A stretch of 27,092 nucleotides of DNA from an uncultured Tissierellia bacterium (GTDB lineage: Bacteria; Bacillota; Clostridia; Tissierellales; Peptoniphilaceae): positions 1 to 27,092 of the forward strand of contig CAMYOR010000001.1 in the NCBI GenBank assembly GCA_947278105.1. The letters run 5' to 3'. How positions within the stretch are numbered: position 1 is the stretch's first letter; each line of letters opens with the position of its first letter. The notes beneath the pieces are model-generated. The model made no database searches, had not been told where the DNA came from, and saw only the letters and a program-made list of their open reading frames with translations. A program made the position numbers and the translations under genes. Shown here piece by piece: positions 23,023 through 27,092 of the stretch.

Positions 23023-24407
23023 CCTTTTGAGCCCGCAATCAGCGTGGCAAGGGTATTCGCCAGCTCCGGGTTTTGCTGAAGCTGCTCAATGAGCGCCGCA
23101 AGGTCAACCGTCTGCACAGCCTGCGGCTCCGGCGGAGCCGTCACATGGCGCAGATCAGGATTGGCGTTGGTATAGAAAGCACTTTCAAACTTCTGCGCGT
23201 TGATCTTCCGATCTTCATCGAGAATGTGCGCGTACACCTTCGTAATCATGTCGATCTCCGCATGTCCGGTATCGCCCTGTGTGGCCTTCAGGTCGCCGTG
23301 GTTGAGTTTCAGCTTGTAGGTAGTGCTGGAATGCCGGAGGGAGTGAAAGACCACATTGGGGAGCTCTGCTTTCTCCTTTAAGAGAGCAAACTCCTTGTTG
23401 ATGATCCTTTCCTCACACGGCCTTCCGTTCGGGAGGGCGATCACAAGATCAAAGTCCTGATATTCGTCCCCCAGAAAGGCTTTCAGCTCGTTCTGCGACT
23501 TCCTCCATTCCCTGAGAATGTAGGCCAACGTCTTAGGTAGCCAAATCTTTCTCACACTAGAGTCCGTCTTAGGCTTTTTCAGGATCACACGGGTGCTGGT
23601 GTTCGGCATGAGCGGAGTGAAGATGTGGTAGATGTCTTTCTCTCCCAGCATCTCGATTGCCCTCTTGGAAGCACGGGCAAGCTCCTGTTCAATATAGACG
23701 TAGGCATTATCCCGTGCGATGTCCTCATCCTCAATGTGAACATTTCTCCATGCCAGGCCGAGGATCTCCCCCATCCGCATGGAGCAGGCAAACGCCAGAT
23801 TCATGGCCACATAGAGCTTTCCGTCGTGGCAATTGTCCAACGCCTTCCGGATCGTTTCCGTGTCCCATATATCCCGCTTGGCATACTCTGTTCTGGGAAG
23901 AACCGTATTGTCAAAGGGATTCCTGCCGATCAGCTCCCAGCGAACAGCCTGCTTAAAGGCGCAGCGCAGCAGCTTGATAATCTTTTCAATCGTCTTGTCA
24001 GACACAAAGGTATCTTTGGCCTTCCTGGTCTTGGTTGACACACAGGGGGTCTTTTGAAGCGTCTGGATGTACTTATCAACCACCCGTGGGGTGATCTCCT
24101 GAATATCCATGTCGCCAATGATCGGGTTGATGTAATTGGCAATCAACGCCGTCTGGCTGTCATACATGGAGACACCCCATTTTTTCTCCCCATAGGTACA
24201 AACAAAATCATACAGGAACTCAGAGACCTTCTGATAGTTTTGGGGGATAAACGTCCCGTTATTCTGCTGGTTCTCAACCTCCGCCTTGCGCCTCAGCGCC
24301 TCCTTGTGGGTATGCCACGTTTCCCACTTTTGCTTCGTCTCTCCATTTTCGTCGGTGTAGTTATAAACAACAGAGTAAGATTTCTTGCGTTTGATAATTG
24401 AAGCCAT
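23013..24407 (-). CDS. int: Tyrosine recombinase/integrase
   Basis: Catalytic R (MRMGE), K (KPKT), HxxR (HSLRH), H (TGHA) and Y (VYAH); N-terminal arm-binding and SAM-like regions. Confidence 0.95.
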   Translation of the reverse strand: MASIIKRKKSYSVVYNYTDENGETKQKWETWHTHKEALRRKAEVENQQNNGTFIPQNYQKVSEFLYDFVCTYGEKKWGVSMYDSQTALIANYINPIIGDMDIQEITPRVVDKYIQTLQKTPCVSTKTRKAKDTFVSDKTIEKIIKLLRCAFKQAVRWELIGRNPFDNTVLPRTEYAKRDIWDTETIRKALDNCHDGKLYVAMNLAFACSMRMGEILGLAWRNVHIEDEDIARDNAYVYIEQELARASKRAIEMLGEKDIYHIFTPLMPNTSTRVILKKPKTDSSVRKIWLPKTLAYILREWRKSQNELKAFLGDEYQDFDLVIALPNGRPCEERIINKEFALLKEKAELPNVVFHSLRHSSTTYKLKLNHGDLKATQGDTGHAEIDMITKVYAHILDEDRKINAQKFESAFYTNANPDLRHVTAPPEPQAVQTVDLAALIEQLQQNPELANTLATLIAGSKGSN

Positions 24408-24427
24408 GCTTGACCTTCCTTTCGTGA

Positions 24428-24634
24428 CTAAAATGTCTGTTCGTCAAGCCACGCATCGAAAGACCTTTTTGAAACGCGAATGGCATTACCAATACGCACA
24501 ACCTTGAAATGTCCCTCTTTCACAAGAGCATACGCCGAAGTTCTGCCAATTCCAAGGAGCTCAGCGATTTCCTCGACTGTATAAGTCCTTTTGTTGGGGA
24601 CACGGCCCTGTTCATTGTTTTTTGCCTGGCACAC
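24428..24634 (-). CDS. xis: Excisionase-type HTH protein, 68 aa
   Basis: GTG start after AAGGAGG; TYTVEEIAELLGIGRTSAYALVK...VRIGNAIRVSKRSFDAWL; directly upstream of int. Confidence 0.85.
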   Translation of the reverse strand: MCQAKNNEQGRVPNKRTYTVEEIAELLGIGRTSAYALVKEGHFKVVRIGNAIRVSKRSFDAWLDEQTF

Positions 24635-24739
24635 AATGTCCTCCTTTCCACGGCACAAGCAGAATCAATGAACTTAAAATGACTTCCGCGATCATCATAC
24701 CACGGGCCCATCAATTCTGCATGTGTCTCATTTATTGTT

Positions 24740-25010
24740 TACGGTTTATACATAAAATGGGCTTTGATCGGACGGCTGTCAGCGGCAGCCTCACAGGAGT
24801 TTCACCTCGTCCCATGCTTGTGGGTGCGCCGCGCAATGCTGTGTGGGCGTTCAACGCGGGAGTATCATTATGCCTTTTGCGCTGTCGTCGCCCACAAAGC
24901 CACTACGCTTGTTTTACGGCGCTGTGTAGATCGCTCGGCCTTCCATAAAGAGAAAGCGTCATGGCGCACCCGTCGCCCGGCTCGGCGCAAAAGGAACGTA
25001 TCCGATTTGC
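24740..25010 (-). ncRNA. Candidate structured cis-acting RNA between the HTH gene and xis
   Basis: Three perfect long-range helices of 8-10 bp plus a local hairpin; no credible ORF; boundaries approximate. Confidence 0.55.
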
Positions 25011-25121
25011 CCTATACTGCGCCGACAGCCTCCCGCCGGGCTTTCTTTGTCAAGGTCCCTTCATCACTTCAAGCAGGGTTGGGGAAAGGGGTAAGCCAAT
25101 CTCTGCTTGAGATTGATTCCA

Positions 25122-25367
25122 TCATTCAAACTCCATCGAGTTCAGAATGGCAGTTATGAGCTTGATCTCCAGATGGCGCTTCATGTACTCATCAAGGCAA
25201 TGATGTGCTCTGCCGTATTCGTCATAGAGCTTTCTTGTGCAGAGCTTACTGATGTAGGGTTCATAATGCCTGAGCACCTTGTCCATTGCCATGGAGTCTC
25301 CGGCGTGGGCAGCCTTAAACACCGAAACCGGAAGCAGCTCATAGACATTGCGGTAGCTTTGATCCAT
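25122..25367 (-). CDS. Small HTH protein of conjugative transposons (Tn916 Orf8/HTH_16-like), 81 aa
   Basis: Start MDQSYRN with AGGAGGGAGG RBS; LLPVSVFKAAHAGDSMAMDKVLRHYEPYISKLCTRKLYDEYG...LEIKLI pattern. Confidence 0.8.
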   Translation of the reverse strand: MDQSYRNVYELLPVSVFKAAHAGDSMAMDKVLRHYEPYISKLCTRKLYDEYGRAHHCLDEYMKRHLEIKLITAILNSMEFE

Positions 25368-25372
25368 AATGC

Positions 25373-25426
25373 TAACCTCCCTCCTTGGGTTGTCCGTTCT
25401 TTGCCTGTACCACATCTAAGGAGGGG
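25373..25426 (+). promoter_or_regulatory. 3' remnant of a yjdF riboswitch (anti-SD and SD retained)
   Basis: TAACCTCCCTCCTTGGGTTGTCCGTTCTTT resembles the yjdF motif 3' half as recalled; 25379-25388 pairs with 25416-25425; lies upstream of a yjdF-family gene. Confidence 0.65.
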
Positions 25427-25430
25427 TTTT

Positions 25431-25847
25431 ATGGAACAGGCAAGCGGTAAGCTAACCGTGTTTTTCGACCCGCCCTTTTGGGTCGGAGTGTTTGAGCGGA
25501 TCGAGAACGGAAAGCTGACAGTATCCAAAGTCACATTTGGCGCAGAGCCGAAGGATTATGAAGTATATGACTTCATTCTTCACCACTACTATGAACTCAA
25601 ATTCAGCCCGCCCGTCTCCACTGATGTAAAGCAAGTTGCCGACAATCCGAAACGCAGACAGAGAAATGCAAGAAAGCAGATGCAGAACAGCGGTATCGGG
25701 ACAAAATCACAGCAAGCTTTACAATTGCAGTTTGAGGAATCCAAAACCGAACGCAAACAAAAAAGCAAGGAACAAAAGGAGGCGGAAAAGCAGCGTCAGT
25801 TTGACCTGAAGCAGCAAAAGCGCAAGCAGAAGAGCAAAGGGCATTAA
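25431..25847 (+). CDS. yjdF: YjdF/DUF2992 family protein, 138 aa
   Basis: Start reassigned to MEQASG (AAGGAGG RBS); KLTVFFDPPFWVGVFER, KVTFGAEPKDYEV, NPKRRQR, TKSQQAL, C-terminal KGH. Confidence 0.88.
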   Translation: MEQASGKLTVFFDPPFWVGVFERIENGKLTVSKVTFGAEPKDYEVYDFILHHYYELKFSPPVSTDVKQVADNPKRRQRNARKQMQNSGIGTKSQQALQLQFEESKTERKQKSKEQKEAEKQRQFDLKQQKRKQKSKGH

Positions 25848-25885
25848 GCCTTTTGTCTCCGTTGTGGCAAAAGTTAATCAAAACG

Positions 25886-25930
25886 AAAAGCCGGCACGAA
25901 GCAGTTACGCTCCGTGCCGGTCTGTATTTT
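25886..25930. terminator. Probable bidirectional terminator between convergent genes
   Basis: Stem CCGGCACG/CGTGCCGG flanked by AAAA and TATTTT. Confidence 0.65.
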
Positions 25931-25935
25931 CGTGC

Positions 25936-26226
25936 TCACCCATAAATCGTATCCTTCAGCCACAGCCGGAACCTGTGGAGCTGGCCGACCAGCTTTGCCG
26001 CCAACAGAGGGATTCCGTAGGGGCTGACCAGGAACGCAATCACAATCACGATGATCCCGTTCTTGGTGTTGTCCAGAATCATTACGGCAACGCCGAGGAC
26101 TGCAAGCAGTGCGCTGACAATGCCCAAGATGGTGCCTGACGCTTGCACAAGGAAGGTCAGAAACCAGGTCACAACAGCAAGCACAATGATGATGGGGGCA
26201 AACAATATCTTCAAAATGATCTTCAT
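25936..26226 (-). CDS. CD1845-like small membrane protein of conjugative transposons, 96 aa
   Basis: Start MKIILKILFAP with GGAGG RBS; hydrophobic; AFLVSPYGIP motif. Confidence 0.75.
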   Translation of the reverse strand: MKIILKILFAPIIIVLAVVTWFLTFLVQASGTILGIVSALLAVLGVAVMILDNTKNGIIVIVIAFLVSPYGIPLLAAKLVGQLHRFRLWLKDTIYG

Positions 26227-26308
26227 CTCTCTGACCTCCTTTCCGGTTCTGCCCACATTGTAGCTGTAAAATGATAACACTTCAAGCATGTCAAGGAGCT
26301 CTGTCCCC

Positions 26309-26647
26309 TTACTTAATCGCAGACAGTTTGCGAAGTATCTCATTCACGGCCCGCCATAATTCTTCCTGATTTTGGAGTATCTGCTCCATTTCCGCGTCAT
26401 AAATGCGGCCTGTGGAATTTGCCCTCTTGGCAATCTGATTCAGGCTGTTGCTGCATCTACGCAGGAGAGAAATAATCTCCTTCAGCTCCGGGATTTGCAG
26501 GTTGATTATCATGCCGTCAATAGCAATCTTACGCAGATAGGCGCTGAGCGACTTCGTCCCAACTTGGGACATACGCTCCGCGATCATTGCTTCCTCAACA
26601 GGTGAGACCCAAAAAATGATCTGCCGGTTCCGTATCCGCTTCTTCAT
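26309..26647 (-). CDS. mobC: MobC relaxosome accessory protein, 112 aa
   Basis: Start MKKRIRN (ATGA overlap with the upstream gene); ribbon-helix-helix-like SAYLRKIAIDG and SNSLNQIAKRAN motifs. Confidence 0.88.
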   Translation of the reverse strand: MKKRIRNRQIIFWVSPVEEAMIAERMSQVGTKSLSAYLRKIAIDGMIINLQIPELKEIISLLRRCSNSLNQIAKRANSTGRIYDAEMEQILQNQEELWRAVNEILRKLSAIK

Positions 26648-27090
26648 GGCTCCAGCTCCTGCCCCTTTACCTTCGGGGACGGAGCCTTTATAGAGGGCTC
26701 CACCTTTGGTTTTCGGAGTTTCGCAAGAACAGAATCCCGTTCCTTTGGTTTTTCCCGCTCTCTTGCATACTCTTTTCTTGCCTGCGTTACGAATAAATCC
26801 GTCAGGCCGGGGTGTGATTCCACAACAAAATAAACATTGCGGTCCTGCCCCCAGCCATCTGGATTGGCGTAGATCGGAATGGTCTGCGCCCACACTTTAT
26901 TGTCACGTGAAATGCGCCCGTCCCAATCCTTCTGCCGGACGGTGTTGGCCAAGACGCGGAGCATCCGCTCGTAGCCGAACTCGTCGGACACCTGCTTTAC
27001 GCAGGATGTGTCCAGCCGGTTATCTCGGTAGTGATTGCGGATCGCCGCTTCAATCGCCTCTTTACAGGCAATGTCCGCCTTGGAGGAAGC
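26644..27090 (-). CDS. DUF3849-like ICE protein, 5' end outside the window
   Basis: Frame open to the window edge (ASSKADIACKEAIEAAIRNHY...); VLANTVRQKDWDGRISRDNKVWA and VESHPGL motifs. Confidence 0.75.
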   Translation of the reverse strand, partial: ASSKADIACKEAIEAAIRNHYRDNRLDTSCVKQVSDEFGYERMLRVLANTVRQKDWDGRISRDNKVWAQTIPIYANPDGWGQDRNVYFVVESHPGLTDLFVTQARKEYAREREKPKERDSVLAKLRKPKVEPSIKAPSPKVKGQELEP

Positions 27091-27092
27091 AC

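Larger units (their letters stand above)
22581..27092. mobile_element. One end of a Tn916/Tn1549-like integrative (conjugative) element inserted in tRNA-Arg(CCT); continues beyond the window
   Basis: Tyrosine integrase, xis, HTH, CD1845-like, mobC and DUF3849-like genes next to an interrupted tRNA. Confidence 0.85.

Noticed and set aside
24622..25159. Plus-strand ORFs of 108 and 131 aa, or a group II intron suggested by GTGCG and GAGCCG on the minus strand
   Set aside because: The ORFs lack an RBS and motifs; no complete domain V hairpin or RT gene is visible; a cis-acting structured RNA explains the region better.
25107..25430. 108-aa N-terminal extension of YjdF
   Set aside because: Antisense to the HTH gene; the RBS and family similarity start at 25431.
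26648..26893. N-terminal extension of MobC
   Set aside because: Overlaps the DUF3849-like gene in another frame; ATGA coupling supports the start at 26647.

Overview
This is a Firmicutes (Clostridia/Tissierellia-like) chromosomal segment; the taxon is inferred from gene content only. Bases 1-44 are an untrimmed Illumina Nextera adapter. A minus-strand housekeeping block follows: a 3D-domain-like secreted protein with a WalR-type box, rsmI, a 57-aa ferredoxin missing from the ORF track, ricT/yaaT, holB, darA, tmk, nadE with an apparently dead glutaminase domain, and an SH3-like membrane protein. Next come a stand-alone glgB, an AT-richer islet encoding a class C sortase and a 2862-aa LRR/CnaB surface protein, and an EF-G2 paralogue. 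From about 22581 to the window end lies one end of a Tn916/Tn1549-like integrative element. Main observations: (1) the element appears to have split a resident tRNA-Arg(CCT) at the anticodon loop without restoring it, and carries its own promoter, a decayed tRNA-Arg relic and a complete, sequence-distinct tRNA-Arg(CCT); (2) a structured non-coding region between the HTH gene and xis is a candidate antiterminator RNA; (3) only the 3' half of a yjdF riboswitch remains, fused at a microhomology to the RBS of the oppositely oriented HTH gene, which suggests an internal deletion. All family assignments come from motif recognition, not database searches.
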